A DNA stretch of 64,000 bases from Oscillospiraceae bacterium (lineage in GTDB: Bacteria > Bacillota > Clostridia > Oscillospirales > Oscillospiraceae). Shown piece by piece: positions 26,408-37,044 of this stretch (its first letter is position 1; each line of letters opens with the position of its first letter). Location: positions 16,632 to 80,631 of the forward strand of contig SVLB01000002.1 in NCBI GenBank assembly GCA_015068135.1, in the 5' to 3' direction. The position numbers and the translations under genes are program-made. The notes below the pieces were generated by a model. It did no database searches. It saw only the letters and a program-made list of their open reading frames with translations, and had not been told where the DNA came from.

Positions 26408-28990
26408 TTACTTTGCAGTCGTAAAGGACTTGATCTGACTGAGGTATTCTACGCCGTTTACGATCACATAGAACCGGTAGTAATAAGTAGTCCCGGCTTT
26501 GAGGGTATAGCCGTACTTATTCATGCCGTAGGACATGCCGGAATAGGTTCGGGTGGCATTGATGGAATCGAACTTTTCCGCCTTTTCCAGGTTGTCCTTG
26601 GAAGTACCGATGTAGAAGCCGCATTTTTCCGGCTTGACGGTCTTACCGTAGGTGACCTTGGCAGCAATGGTGGCGTTGGTCTTAGTCACATTGCTCACCT
26701 TATACTCAGACCACACGGGGCTTAGCTCCGCTTGCTTGGCAGTGGTGAAACTCTTGATCTCGCTCAAATACTCCTGCCCGTCCACGATCACATAGAACCG
26801 ATAGAAGTAGGTGGTTCCGGGATTTAAGGGGTAGCCGTACTTGTTCAGATCGTAGGACATACCGGAATAGGTGCGGGTGGCATTGATGCTGTCAAATTTG
26901 GCAGCTTTGGAGAGGCTTGCCTGGGAAGTACCAATATAGAAGCCGCATTTTTCCGGGATGACGGTCTTGCCGTAGGTGACCTTAGCACCGATGGTGGCAT
27001 TGGTTTGGGTGATACTGCCCACAGAGTAATCCGACCACAGGGGGCTCAGTGCCGTCTCCTCCGGTGCTGCAAGGGTCTCGGGCTTTGTGGTAAACGAATG
27101 CAGATTGCTTGCATACTCCACTCCATCCACCACCACATAGAAGCGGCAATAGTAGGTAGTAGCAGGCTTCAGAGTTTGCAGGTACTTATTCAGGTCAAAG
27201 GACATGGAAGAATAGCTGCGCTGGCCGTTGATGGTATCGTATTTTTTTGCTTTTGCCATCACAATTTTGTTCGTTCCAATATAGAAGCCGCATTTTTCCG
27301 GGGTTACCGTCTTTCCATAGGTAACTTTAACACCAACGGTGGCATTGGTGGAGGTGATCCCGGTGGTCGTGTAATTGGTCCACTGGGGGGTCAATTTTTG
27401 GGTTTGAGTGGGTGTTTGGGTTACTGCGGCGGTGGTCTTGAAGGACTTTACCGCGCTTTTGTATTCTTTACCTGCAACCACTGTATAGAACTGGTAATAG
27501 TAGGTCGTTCCGGCGTTCAGCTTCACGCCCTTGGAGGACAGGTTATAGGATATGGTAGAGCTGCTGCGGTTGGCATTCACCTTGTCGTAAACTGTGGATT
27601 TGGTCAGCTTATTGGAGGCGGTGCCAAGATAAAAGCCTACCTTTTCCACCTTTACCGATTTGCCGTAGGTGACTTTTGCGGAAATGGTGGCGCCGTTTTG
27701 GGTGATCTTGCTGGCACTGTAGGCTGACCATTTGGGACTCAGGGTGGTTTGCGTCGGGGTCTTGGCCGGGGTTTGCGTTGTCTGCCCAGAGCTGCCCTTC
27801 GTGGTAAAGGAGGCCACTTCACTGCAGACCTCATAGCCATTGATCACCCCGTAAAAGCGGTAGTAATACTTCGTGCCGGGCCGCAGCGCAAAGCCATAGT
27901 CACCGACCTTGAAGGTCACGCCCTTGGAAAGGTTCGTATTGTTCACCGTTTTGTCTTTGGCGCATTTGGTCAGATAATCCTTGTTGGTGCCAATATAGAA
28001 TCCGGCCTTCTTGGCGGTTTGTCCGGTACTGAGCTTTACTGTTGCGGAAAGCTCCGCATTGGTCTCGGTGACGGACTGGGCTTTCATGGTGACCTTTTTA
28101 TTAAACTTAACAGGAAGGTCCTTCCACCTTGCATACAGATTGGCATGGGACTTGGTTACTTTCGTAGAGGCGGTCACCTTGGTGCCGCCGGTTTTGGCGG
28201 TATACCAGCCGTCAAAAAGCTTGCCGCTGTTGACCGGTGTGGGAAGGCTTCCGAAGGCTGTATTCACCGGGTAATGCCGGGTCAAATCTGACATACCGCT
28301 GACATTGCCGTGGAATACGATCTCCTGCCGGGTCTTCCAGGCCAGACGGATCTTGGAGCCATTATAGGAAATATAGTCCTTGCTGATCTTTGTTGATGGG
28401 CTCAAAAACAGGGCTTCATAGACCTGGATGCCGTTTTTCCGCAGAGCTGTCAAATTGCTTCCAAAGCTTTTGCTCTTGGAGCAGGGCTTGCCAAGGGCTA
28501 TCTCAAGATGCAGGTGCTTTGCCTTGGTTCCTTTGGTTCCCTGGTCATAGAAATAGGTGCCCTGCTTAAACTGGCTGCCCTTTTTGATATTGCTGATATT
28601 GTTATCGTGGGTGAACGCGCAGGTCAGGTAATTGACCCGTCCGTCTGCCAGGCGGACCGGTCGCAGACTCTGGGCGATCACGGTGTTACTGCCGCCTATG
28701 GACACGACCTCCATATCAAAAGGCGCATAGACCTTGCCGTTTCCCCGGCTCAGGTCGAAGGCATAATGTACATGTCCGCCACTGGGATCGGCATACTCAT
28801 ATTGATCCGGGTCCAGCTTCGTGTTGGTTCTGACAATGTAAAGGGTGTCCATGGGAAATTCCGCACACTGGATCTCGTCAAAGTACTGATCGGTGGTGGC
28901 TGAATGCGCGGGAACCGCTGTAACAGGCAGGAAGCTCAGAAGAAGGATCCCCATCAAAATACTCACTGTGATCCGTTTCCAAAGGCTCAT
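26408..28990 (-). CDS. Secreted M23-like metallopeptidase with InlB B-repeat and five Fn3-like repeats
   Basis: Signal peptide; HYAFD and HLHLE zinc motifs; LPTPVNSGKLFDGWYTAKTGG B-repeat; five approx. 100-aa repeats with GFY(I/L)GT...TTYY. Confidence 0.7.
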   Translation of the reverse strand: MSLWKRITVSILMGILLLSFLPVTAVPAHSATTDQYFDEIQCAEFPMDTLYIVRTNTKLDPDQYEYADPSGGHVHYAFDLSRGNGKVYAPFDMEVVSIGGSNTVIAQSLRPVRLADGRVNYLTCAFTHDNNISNIKKGSQFKQGTYFYDQGTKGTKAKHLHLEIALGKPCSKSKSFGSNLTALRKNGIQVYEALFLSPSTKISKDYISYNGSKIRLAWKTRQEIVFHGNVSGMSDLTRHYPVNTAFGSLPTPVNSGKLFDGWYTAKTGGTKVTASTKVTKSHANLYARWKDLPVKFNKKVTMKAQSVTETNAELSATVKLSTGQTAKKAGFYIGTNKDYLTKCAKDKTVNNTNLSKGVTFKVGDYGFALRPGTKYYYRFYGVINGYEVCSEVASFTTKGSSGQTTQTPAKTPTQTTLSPKWSAYSASKITQNGATISAKVTYGKSVKVEKVGFYLGTASNKLTKSTVYDKVNANRSSSTISYNLSSKGVKLNAGTTYYYQFYTVVAGKEYKSAVKSFKTTAAVTQTPTQTQKLTPQWTNYTTTGITSTNATVGVKVTYGKTVTPEKCGFYIGTNKIVMAKAKKYDTINGQRSYSSMSFDLNKYLQTLKPATTYYCRFYVVVDGVEYASNLHSFTTKPETLAAPEETALSPLWSDYSVGSITQTNATIGAKVTYGKTVIPEKCGFYIGTSQASLSKAAKFDSINATRTYSGMSYDLNKYGYPLNPGTTYFYRFYVIVDGQEYLSEIKSFTTAKQAELSPVWSEYKVSNVTKTNATIAAKVTYGKTVKPEKCGFYIGTSKDNLEKAEKFDSINATRTYSGMSYGMNKYGYTLKAGTTYYYRFYVIVNGVEYLSQIKSFTTAK

Positions 28991-29020
28991 ATATAAACCC
29001 TCCCCCAGTGTTTTTCTTTT

Positions 29021-29050
29021 AGTATATCACAGCGAAAAAACCCTTGTCAA
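29021..29050 (-). promoter_or_regulatory. SigA promoter of the M23-like gene
   Basis: Minus strand TTGACA-N18-TATACT with TG extension. Confidence 0.6.
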
Positions 29051-29152
29051 CGCAAATCCCATTTCCAAAATAATTCCCTTCTTTCCCTTGCAATTGAGGG
29101 CAAAAAATGCTATTATATATAATTGAGTTAGTGTAAACGAAGGAGCATTTCC

Positions 29153-30562
29153 ATGGAAACGAAAACCACGCTGATCTCCCCCGCCCAAAAGGACGAACAG
29201 TTGGGCTACTGTCAGAAGATCCACGCCATGTGGAATAGCCAGGGCTTTACCCCCAAGGCCTATGTGGAGACCTACGGCTGTCAGCAAAATGAGGCGGATT
29301 CTGAAAAGCTTCGGGGAATTTTAATAGAAAGCGGCTATGCCATCACAGACTCTGCCGAGGGTGCCGATGTGGTGGTGATGAACACCTGCGCCATCCGGGA
29401 GCATGCTGAGCAGCGTGTCTTCGGCAATTTAGGCGCCCTGACCCACACCAAGCGCCGTCACCCGGGTCAGAAGATCTTCCTTTGCGGCTGTATGGCCGGT
29501 CAGGACCATGTGGTGGAGCGGATCAAGAAAAGCTATCCCCATGTAGACGGGGTCTTCTCCACCCATCATCTTTGGCAGTTTCCCGAGATCCTTTACCGGG
29601 TCCTGAACCAGGGAAAACGGGTGTATTATGTGCAGGATGAGCCAGGCTCCATTATCGAAGGACTTCCCCAAGCCCGGGACAGCAAGCTGAAGGCCTGGGT
29701 GTCCATCATGTACGGCTGTAATAATTTCTGCACCTACTGCATCGTCCCCTATGTCCGGGGTCGGGAGCGGAGCCGTGCCAGTGCCGATATTTTGGCAGAG
29801 TGCCGCAGTCTCATTGACGCCGGGGTGAAGGATATTACCCTTTTGGGTCAAAATGTCAACTCCTATGGCAAGGATCTTGCGGAAAATGTGGACTTTTCCG
29901 ATCTTTTGCGGATGATTTCCGAGATTCCCGGAGAGTTTCTCATCCGCTTTATGACCAGCCACCCCAGAGATGCCGGCAAGAAGCTCTTTGATACCATGGC
30001 TTCCTCCCCCAAGATTGCAAAGCAGCTCCACCTTCCCTTCCAGTCCGGTTCCAGCCGGGTGCTGAAGGCCATGAACCGCCATTACGACCGGGAAAAGTAT
30101 TTGGAGGCTGTCAATTACGCCAAATCCAGAATGCCCGATTTGGTACTGACTTCTGATGTGATCGTTGGCTTCCCCGGCGAGACCGAGGAAGAATTTGAAG
30201 AAACCATTTCTTTGATCGAGCAGGTGCGTTACGACTCTTTGTTTACCTTTATCTTCTCTCCCAGAAAGGGCACGCCTGCCGCTTCCATGGACGATCCTAC
30301 CCCCAAGGAGGAGAAGAACCGCCGGTTCGACCGGCTGTGTGCTGTTCAAAACGCCATTTCCGAGGAGATCCACAACAGCTATATCGGCAAGACCATGCGC
30401 TGCTTGGTGGACGGAACGGACAAAGACAATCTTACCGCCCGGACAGAGGGCGGCCGCCTGGTACGGTTCTGCGGGGACCGTTCCCTGGTGGGTAGCTTCC
30501 GGGATATTACCATTACCGGCGCTACCACCTGGAGTCTTACCGGCACTTTGAAAGAATCCTGA
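29153..30562 (+). CDS. miaB: tRNA-i6A37 methylthiotransferase
   Basis: ETYGCQQNEADSE, NTCAIRE, CNNFCTYC radical SAM motif, TRAM domain. Confidence 0.96.
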   Translation: METKTTLISPAQKDEQLGYCQKIHAMWNSQGFTPKAYVETYGCQQNEADSEKLRGILIESGYAITDSAEGADVVVMNTCAIREHAEQRVFGNLGALTHTKRRHPGQKIFLCGCMAGQDHVVERIKKSYPHVDGVFSTHHLWQFPEILYRVLNQGKRVYYVQDEPGSIIEGLPQARDSKLKAWVSIMYGCNNFCTYCIVPYVRGRERSRASADILAECRSLIDAGVKDITLLGQNVNSYGKDLAENVDFSDLLRMISEIPGEFLIRFMTSHPRDAGKKLFDTMASSPKIAKQLHLPFQSGSSRVLKAMNRHYDREKYLEAVNYAKSRMPDLVLTSDVIVGFPGETEEEFEETISLIEQVRYDSLFTFIFSPRKGTPAASMDDPTPKEEKNRRFDRLCAVQNAISEEIHNSYIGKTMRCLVDGTDKDNLTARTEGGRLVRFCGDRSLVGSFRDITITGATTWSLTGTLKES

Positions 30563-30582
30563 TACAGAAAGAGGTTACGGCC

Positions 30583-33189
30583 ATGGCTGAGACCAAAAAT
30601 GATGTTACCCCCATGAAGCGGCAATACAATGCCATCAAAGAACGGAATCAGGACTGTATTCTGTTCTTCCGCCTGGGTGATTTTTATGAAATGTTTGACG
30701 AGGATGCCAAGCTTGCCGCCCGGGAGCTGGATCTGACCCTGACCACCCGTGACCGGAACAAGCCCAAGGAGGAGCAGACTCCCATGTGCGGTGTTCCCTA
30801 TCATGCTGTGGATTCCTATATTGCCCGGCTGGTCAGCAAGGGCTACAAGGTGGCCATTTGTGAACAGCTGACGGATCCTGCGGAGACCAAGGGCATTGTG
30901 GAACGGGACATTACCCGGATCGTCACCCCCGGTACGGTAACGGAAAGCTCCATGCTGGACGAAAACAAGAACAATTATATGGGCTGTCTGTACGGTGACG
31001 GCGGTCGGTTCGGCCTGGCCTTCTGTGATGTGTCCACCGGTGCGTTTTTTGTGACGGTCTGTGCCGATGCCCAGGCCGCGGCATCGGAGCTTGGCAGATT
31101 CTCCCCTGCCGAGGTGGTGCGTGGAGGCAGTAAATGTACCGATCCTGTTTTGGAGGATGCTCTGTTTCAGCGGATCAGCTGCTGTGTGGACGAGGAAAAG
31201 CCCGGTCAGTTTGATCTGGAGGCCAGCCAGGCCCTTTTGGAACGGCATTTCGGTCTTCCCCTGGCGCAGCTTGGTCTGACCGGTCTATCCGAGGGTGTAT
31301 TGGCCGCAGGTACGCTGCTGCAGACCCTTCTGTTTGTGCAGAAAAATGACTTAAAGCATATCCGGGAACTGCAGTATTACACCACCGGAAAATATATGGA
31401 GCTGGACCTGGATGCCCGTCGGAATCTGGAACTGACCCAGACCATGCGTGGCAAGGAAAAGCGCGGCTCGTTACTGTGGGTGCTGGATAAGACCCATACT
31501 GCCATGGGTGGACGGCTTCTGCGCAGCTGGCTGGAAAAGCCCCTTTTGGAGCCGGCACAGATCGAAAGCCGTCTGAATGCTGTGGAAGAACTGGTCAAGA
31601 CCACCGTGGTTCGAGGCGAGCTGCAGCAGGCACTGAAGGATGTCTCCGACCTGGAACGTGTCATGACCCGGATCGTCACCGGCACGGTCAACTGCCGGGA
31701 TCTTTTGGGTCTTGCCCGGGGATTGCGGGCACTGCCCACCGTCAAGGCCCAGCTGGGACTGTTGGAAGCACCCCTTCTGAAGAAATTAGAGCAGGCCATC
31801 GACGCCCTTACCGACTGCGCTGACCGCATTGAATCCACCATCGTGGACGATCCTCCCCTCTCCGTAAGGGAGGGCGGCATTATCCGTCCCGGCGCCAATG
31901 AGGAGGCCGATCAGCTTCGCAACATCCATCAGGGCGGCGACAACGCCATTATGGCTATTGAAAAGACCGAGCGGGAGGCCACCGGCATCCGTACCCTGAA
32001 GGTGGGCCACAACCGGGTATTCGGTTATTATATCGAAGTTTCCAAATCCTTTGCCGATCAGGTGCCGGATCACTACATCCGCAAGCAGACCCTGGCCAAT
32101 TGCGAACGCTACATCACCCAGGAGCTGAAGGAACTGGAAAATCTGGTACTTACCGCAAAGGATCGGCTGGTTGCCCTGGAATATCAGATCTTTACCCAAT
32201 TACGGGAGTATCTTGCCCAGCAGGCCGTCCGGGTCCAGCAATCCGCCGCTGCCGTTGCTGCCGCCGATGCCCTTTGCTCTTTGGCAGAGGTCGCCGTTCA
32301 GCGGGGCTATTGCCGTCCCCAGATCACTTTGGACGGACAGATCCACATTACCGACGGACGGCATCCTGTGGTGGAGCAGATGCTCAAAGATTCCCTTTTT
32401 GTCCCCAACGACACCCAGCTTGGCAGTGCCGACAATCAGGTTTCCATTATCACCGGCCCCAATATGGCAGGTAAGTCCACCTATATGCGGCAGGTGGCGC
32501 TGATCGTACTGATGGCCCAGATGGGCTCCTTTGTTCCCGCCCGGAGCGCCCGGATCGGCCTTGTGGATCGGGTGTTCACCCGGATCGGTGCCAGTGATGA
32601 CCTGGCCTCCGGTCAGTCCACCTTTATGGTGGAGATGGCAGAAGTGGCTTCCATTTTGAAGTATGCCACCTCCCGGAGCCTTTTGGTTTTGGACGAGATC
32701 GGCAGAGGCACCTCCACCTACGATGGCATGGCCATCGCCAAGGCGGTTTTGGAATATGTGGCAAGTCCCCGGCATTTGGGAGCCAAGACCCTGTTTGCCA
32801 CCCATTATCATGAGCTTTCCACCATCGAAAACGAGCTTTCCAACGTAAAGAATTACAATATCGCCGTGAAAAAGCGCGGAGAACGGATGATCTTCCTGCG
32901 CAAGATCGTCCCCGGTGCCACCGATGACAGCTACGGTGTGGAGGTCGCCAAGCTGGCAGGACTTCCCAATTCCGTGGTCACCCGCGCCCGGCAGATCCTG
33001 AAGGAGCTGGAAGAACAGCAGCCCACCACCCCCGTTTCCCATCGGCAGGCCGAGGAAGACGATCAGGTGAGTATGCTGGATCTGCGTTCTCAGCAGGTCT
33101 GCGATGCCCTGGAGCATTTGGCGGTGGAGACCCTGACCCCCATTGAAGCCATGAACGAGCTGTATAAGCTGAAAATGATGCTTTCTTAA
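30583..33189 (+). CDS. mutS: DNA mismatch repair protein MutS
   Basis: FRLGDFYEMF, ITGPNMAGKSTYMRQ, DEIGRGTSTYDG. Confidence 0.98.
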   Translation: MAETKNDVTPMKRQYNAIKERNQDCILFFRLGDFYEMFDEDAKLAARELDLTLTTRDRNKPKEEQTPMCGVPYHAVDSYIARLVSKGYKVAICEQLTDPAETKGIVERDITRIVTPGTVTESSMLDENKNNYMGCLYGDGGRFGLAFCDVSTGAFFVTVCADAQAAASELGRFSPAEVVRGGSKCTDPVLEDALFQRISCCVDEEKPGQFDLEASQALLERHFGLPLAQLGLTGLSEGVLAAGTLLQTLLFVQKNDLKHIRELQYYTTGKYMELDLDARRNLELTQTMRGKEKRGSLLWVLDKTHTAMGGRLLRSWLEKPLLEPAQIESRLNAVEELVKTTVVRGELQQALKDVSDLERVMTRIVTGTVNCRDLLGLARGLRALPTVKAQLGLLEAPLLKKLEQAIDALTDCADRIESTIVDDPPLSVREGGIIRPGANEEADQLRNIHQGGDNAIMAIEKTEREATGIRTLKVGHNRVFGYYIEVSKSFADQVPDHYIRKQTLANCERYITQELKELENLVLTAKDRLVALEYQIFTQLREYLAQQAVRVQQSAAAVAAADALCSLAEVAVQRGYCRPQITLDGQIHITDGRHPVVEQMLKDSLFVPNDTQLGSADNQVSIITGPNMAGKSTYMRQVALIVLMAQMGSFVPARSARIGLVDRVFTRIGASDDLASGQSTFMVEMAEVASILKYATSRSLLVLDEIGRGTSTYDGMAIAKAVLEYVASPRHLGAKTLFATHYHELSTIENELSNVKNYNIAVKKRGERMIFLRKIVPGATDDSYGVEVAKLAGLPNSVVTRARQILKELEEQQPTTPVSHRQAEEDDQVSMLDLRSQQVCDALEHLAVETLTPIEAMNELYKLKMMLS

Positions 33190-33190
33190 T

Positions 33191-33865
33191 ATGACAAAAC
33201 TATCTGTTACCCTGACATCCCGGGAGCGCAACTGGGGCTTTGGCTGGTTTGCCTTCCAGCTGTTGGCTCTGCCCAGCTTGCTTCGGATGCTCCCCCTGGA
33301 CATTCTGACACTGAATCTTTTAGGATTTACCCTGAACTTTTTGGCTGTGATCGGGCTCTTTGGTCCTTTTTTGTGGAAGAACGCAAGGATCTTCTTTGCG
33401 CATCCCGGACAGCTTCTTTTGGTTTGTCTGGTCGTGTATTTTGCCAATCAGTTCATTACCTTTGCCCTGTCTTCCGTGATCACAGAGTTATTTCCCGGTT
33501 TTTCCAATGTCAACGATGCCAATATCGGGCAAATGGCAAAAACCAGCTACTGGCCCATGTTCATTGCCACGGTGATCCTTGTCCCCGTTGCCGAGGAGAT
33601 GTGTTTCCGCGGTCTGATCTTTGGCTCCCTGCATGCCAAAAGCCGTTTGCTTGCCTACGGGGTTTCCGCCCTGGCCTTTGCGCTTCCCCATGTGATGGGG
33701 TATATGGGGCGGCATGATATTGGGATTTTGCTTCTTTGCCTGATCCAGTATCTGCCTGCAGGGATCCTATTGGCCTATGCCTACGAAAAGGCCGATTCCC
33801 TTTGGGCACCCATTTTTGTCCACAGTGCTGTAAATGCCATTGCCATGCTGGCTGTGAGGTTATGA
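33191..33865 (+). CDS. CPBP/Abi family intramembrane metalloprotease
   Basis: PVAEEMCFRG, FALPH, HSAVN. Confidence 0.9.
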   Translation: MTKLSVTLTSRERNWGFGWFAFQLLALPSLLRMLPLDILTLNLLGFTLNFLAVIGLFGPFLWKNARIFFAHPGQLLLVCLVVYFANQFITFALSSVITELFPGFSNVNDANIGQMAKTSYWPMFIATVILVPVAEEMCFRGLIFGSLHAKSRLLAYGVSALAFALPHVMGYMGRHDIGILLLCLIQYLPAGILLAYAYEKADSLWAPIFVHSAVNAIAMLAVRL

Positions 33866-33867
33866 CC

Positions 33868-35781
33868 ATGTCAAAAATCATTCAATTATCCCCCCATATT
33901 GCCAATCTTATTGCCGCAGGCGAGGTGGTCGAACGCCCCGCCAGTGTGGTCAAGGAGCTTTTGGAAAATGCCGTAGATGCCGGTGCCACTTCCGTAACCG
34001 TAGAGATCCGGGACGGCGGCATGACCTTTTTGCGGGTGACAGACAACGGCTGCGGTATGTCCCCGGAGGATGCCCGTACCGCCTTTTTGCGCCATGCCAC
34101 CTCCAAGCTGCGTACCGCTGAGGATCTGGCCGCCATTGCAACCATGGGCTTTCGCGGTGAGGCTTTGGCCGCCATTGCCTCCGTCAGCCGTATTGACCTT
34201 ATGACCAAGACTGCCGGAAGTCTTTGCGGTGTAAGCCTTCAGCTGGAGGCCGGTGTGATCACCGAAGAAACGGAAGCCGGCTGCCCTGACGGCACGACCA
34301 TCATCGTAAGAGATCTGTTTTTCAACACCCCCGCCCGGATGAAGTTTATGAAGTCCGACCCCGTGGAGGGCGGTAAAGTAGCCGCCGCGGTCCAGCTGCA
34401 GGCCCTTGCCCATCCGGAGGTCGCTTTCCGGTTCCTTCGGGACGGCAAGGAGGTCCTCTCCACCCCCGGCACCGGCGGACTGGAAGCGGCAGTCTATCGG
34501 GTATATGGACGGGACGGAGGCAAAATGGTGGCCGTTGACAGTCACTGGGAGGGCTACTCCCTTACCGGCTACCTCTCTTTGCCCACAGATGCCCGGCCCA
34601 GCCGAAATTTGCAGACCTTCTTCGTCAACGGACGGCCTGTCCGCTCCCGGCTGCTCGTTGCCGCCTTGGAGGAGGCTTATCGCAACCGGATCATGGCAGG
34701 ACGGTTTCCCGCCTGCGTATTGCACTTGAATCTGCCTGCTACGGCTGTGGATGTCAATGTTCACCCTGCCAAAACAGAGGTCAAATTCCTTAATGAAAAG
34801 GCAGTCTTTGACTGCGTACACTATGGGGCTTTGGGGGCTTTGAACAAGGCTACCGACCGCCCCCAGGTGCAGTTTGCCAAGACCCAGTCGCCTCCGGCCC
34901 CCAAACCGGAACCTGCGCCGGCACCTGCACCCAAGGCAAAAGCAGAGCCTTTCTTCCGCACCATGACGCCCCAGGAATTCAAGGCCTTTGCCGGAGCCAT
35001 GGCACATGCCCCCAAGCCCGATCCCATTGCTGCCGCCGCCACCCAAAAGGCCGTGGTAAAGGAAACCGCCGCTGTTCTGCACAGCCCGGTAGTGATCCCC
35101 CAGCCTAAAAAAGAGGAACCGACTCCTGCAGAACCCGTGGTCCTGCCTTCCGTACAGGCCGAGCCCGAGCCCATTACCGAGCCGGAGCAGACCGCCCTTC
35201 CCATGCCCGAAGCGCCTGACTGGCGGTTTGTAGGGGAGCTGTTCAACAGCTATTTGATCATTGAAAGAAGCGACGAAGCCTATCTGATCGACAAGCACGC
35301 TGCCCACGAGCGGATCCTTTTTGAAAAGCTGAAGGAAAACCAGGAGGCCATCAGCAGTCAGTCCCTGTTGGATCCCCTTCCCTGCCGCCTTAGTCCCGAT
35401 GCTGCAGCTATCCTTCTTGCCAATCGCCCCATGCTGGAGGAGCTGGGCTTTGAGATCGACGAGTTTGGCGAAAACACCCTGCTTCTGCGGCAGATCCCCA
35501 TGGATCTGGTGCCGGAGGATGCGGCAGATCTCATGGAATCCCTGGCATCGGATCTGATGCGCGGACGCCGGGAAGATCGCAGCAAGGTCCGTGACGAGAT
35601 CCTGCACACCGTTGCCTGCAAGGCCGCCATCAAGGCTGGCTGGCAGACCAGCGAAGAAGAATGCCTGGTTTTGGCAAAGCAGGTCATGTCCCGGCAGGAT
35701 CTGATGCACTGCCCGCACGGCAGACCCATCTGTATTACCTTAAGTAAGAAGCAACTGGAAAAACAGTTTAAACGGAGCTGA
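33868..35781 (+). CDS. mutL: DNA mismatch repair protein MutL
   Basis: IAAGEVVERPASVVKEL, GFRGEAL, DKHAAHER, CPHGRP. Confidence 0.97.
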   Translation: MSKIIQLSPHIANLIAAGEVVERPASVVKELLENAVDAGATSVTVEIRDGGMTFLRVTDNGCGMSPEDARTAFLRHATSKLRTAEDLAAIATMGFRGEALAAIASVSRIDLMTKTAGSLCGVSLQLEAGVITEETEAGCPDGTTIIVRDLFFNTPARMKFMKSDPVEGGKVAAAVQLQALAHPEVAFRFLRDGKEVLSTPGTGGLEAAVYRVYGRDGGKMVAVDSHWEGYSLTGYLSLPTDARPSRNLQTFFVNGRPVRSRLLVAALEEAYRNRIMAGRFPACVLHLNLPATAVDVNVHPAKTEVKFLNEKAVFDCVHYGALGALNKATDRPQVQFAKTQSPPAPKPEPAPAPAPKAKAEPFFRTMTPQEFKAFAGAMAHAPKPDPIAAAATQKAVVKETAAVLHSPVVIPQPKKEEPTPAEPVVLPSVQAEPEPITEPEQTALPMPEAPDWRFVGELFNSYLIIERSDEAYLIDKHAAHERILFEKLKENQEAISSQSLLDPLPCRLSPDAAAILLANRPMLEELGFEIDEFGENTLLLRQIPMDLVPEDAADLMESLASDLMRGRREDRSKVRDEILHTVACKAAIKAGWQTSEEECLVLAKQVMSRQDLMHCPHGRPICITLSKKQLEKQFKRS

Positions 35782-35785
35782 TTGT

Positions 35786-36487
35786 ATGTCCATCGCAACC
35801 AATATCGCAAAGATCCGGGAACAAATGGACCGGGCCGCATTAGCCGCCGGTCGGGACCCTTCTGAAATTTTACTGTGCGCCGCCACAAAAATGAACGGTG
35901 CGGACAATGTGCGCCAGGCCATTGCCGCCGGAGTAGACTGCTGTGGAGAAAACCGGGTCCAGGAGCTGACCGCAAAGCTGTCCCAGGATGCCTACCGCGG
36001 CGCTCCCGTTCACTTTATCGGTCATTTGCAGACCAACAAGGTCCGTCAGGTGGTAGGCAAGGTGGACCTGATCCAAAGCGTGGATTCTGAGCGTCTTTTG
36101 CAGGCCATTGACAAGGAGGCCGCCCGTCAGGGCATCCGTCAGGATATTCTGCTGGAGGTCAACGTAGCCGGTGAGGAAAGCAAATCCGGTTTTACCGTGG
36201 CAGAAGTGGGGAAAATAATGGAACAAATGTACTTGTACGGCAATACATTTGTCCGCGGACTCATGGCGATCCCCCCAATTTGTCAAAATCCCGGAGAAAA
36301 TAACAAATTTTTTCAAGAAATCTGCAACCTTTCTGTTGACATAACGGCAAAAAAATACGATAATGTATCCGTAGATATATTGTCTATGGGTATGTCCGGA
36401 GATTTTGAGGATGCCATTGCCTGCGGATCCACCATGATCCGGGTCGGTACCGCCATCTTCGGTGCCCGGGATTATTCTGTAAAATAA
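35786..36487 (+). CDS. yggS: YggS family PLP homeostasis protein
   Basis: GENRVQE, HFIGHLQTNKV, LSMGMSGDF, RVGTAIFG. Confidence 0.95.
   Translation: MSIATNIAKIREQMDRAALAAGRDPSEILLCAATKMNGADNVRQAIAAGVDCCGENRVQELTAKLSQDAYRGAPVHFIGHLQTNKVRQVVGKVDLIQSVDSERLLQAIDKEAARQGIRQDILLEVNVAGEESKSGFTVAEVGKIMEQMYLYGNTFVRGLMAIPPICQNPGENNKFFQEICNLSVDITAKKYDNVSVDILSMGMSGDFEDAIACGSTMIRVGTAIFGARDYSVK
36336..36364 (+). promoter_or_regulatory. Putative internal SigA promoter within yggS for sepF-divIVA
   Basis: TTGACA-N17-GATAAT in a locally AT-rich patch of the CDS. Confidence 0.5.
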
Positions 36488-36526
36488 TCAACTGTCTGTG
36501 AATATATATTAGGAGGAAACAGCAAC

Positions 36527-37024
36527 ATGAGTTTTTGGGACAATGTAAAGAAATTTGCCCAGCCCTATTCCGACGAGGAGTATGATGACGAGTTTGACGA
36601 GGAGATGGAGGATGCCGTCCAGGAGCCTCAGGAAGAAGCTCCCCGCACCAAGCGCCGCAGTCCCTTCAGCAGCGAATCCATGGATGCTCCCGAGCCTGTC
36701 GCCCCCGCAGCCACCGGCTTCTCCGGTCAGGTTCTGAACATGGGCGGCAGCAAGCAGGAGGTCGTTTTGTTCCACGCCAAGACCTTTGACGATGCCGCCA
36801 GAGCCGCTGATGAGCTGCGCAAGAAGAAGGCCGTCATTTTGAATATGGAAAATGTGGATAAGGCCCTGACCCGTCGGGTGGTGGACTTCCTGTCCGGTGC
36901 TGTCTATGCGTTGGACGGCAGTGTGAAGAAAGTCGCCCAGTCCACCTATCTGTTCTGCCCCCACAATATGGACGTTGTGGGTGATTTGGAGAACATTAAG
37001 GGCGAAGCCGAAAGCTATATCTGA
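36527..37024 (+). CDS. sepF: Cell division protein SepF
   Basis: RRVVDFLSGAVYALDGSVKKV; follows yggS. Confidence 0.93.
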   Translation: MSFWDNVKKFAQPYSDEEYDDEFDEEMEDAVQEPQEEAPRTKRRSPFSSESMDAPEPVAPAATGFSGQVLNMGGSKQEVVLFHAKTFDDAARAADELRKKKAVILNMENVDKALTRRVVDFLSGAVYALDGSVKKVAQSTYLFCPHNMDVVGDLENIKGEAESYI

Positions 37025-37044
37025 TTTCAAGAAAGGACGTCGCT

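Noticed and set aside
34880-35215. Pro/Ala/Glu-rich low-complexity stretch in mutL
   Set aside because: Normal variable linker between the MutL N- and C-terminal domains.
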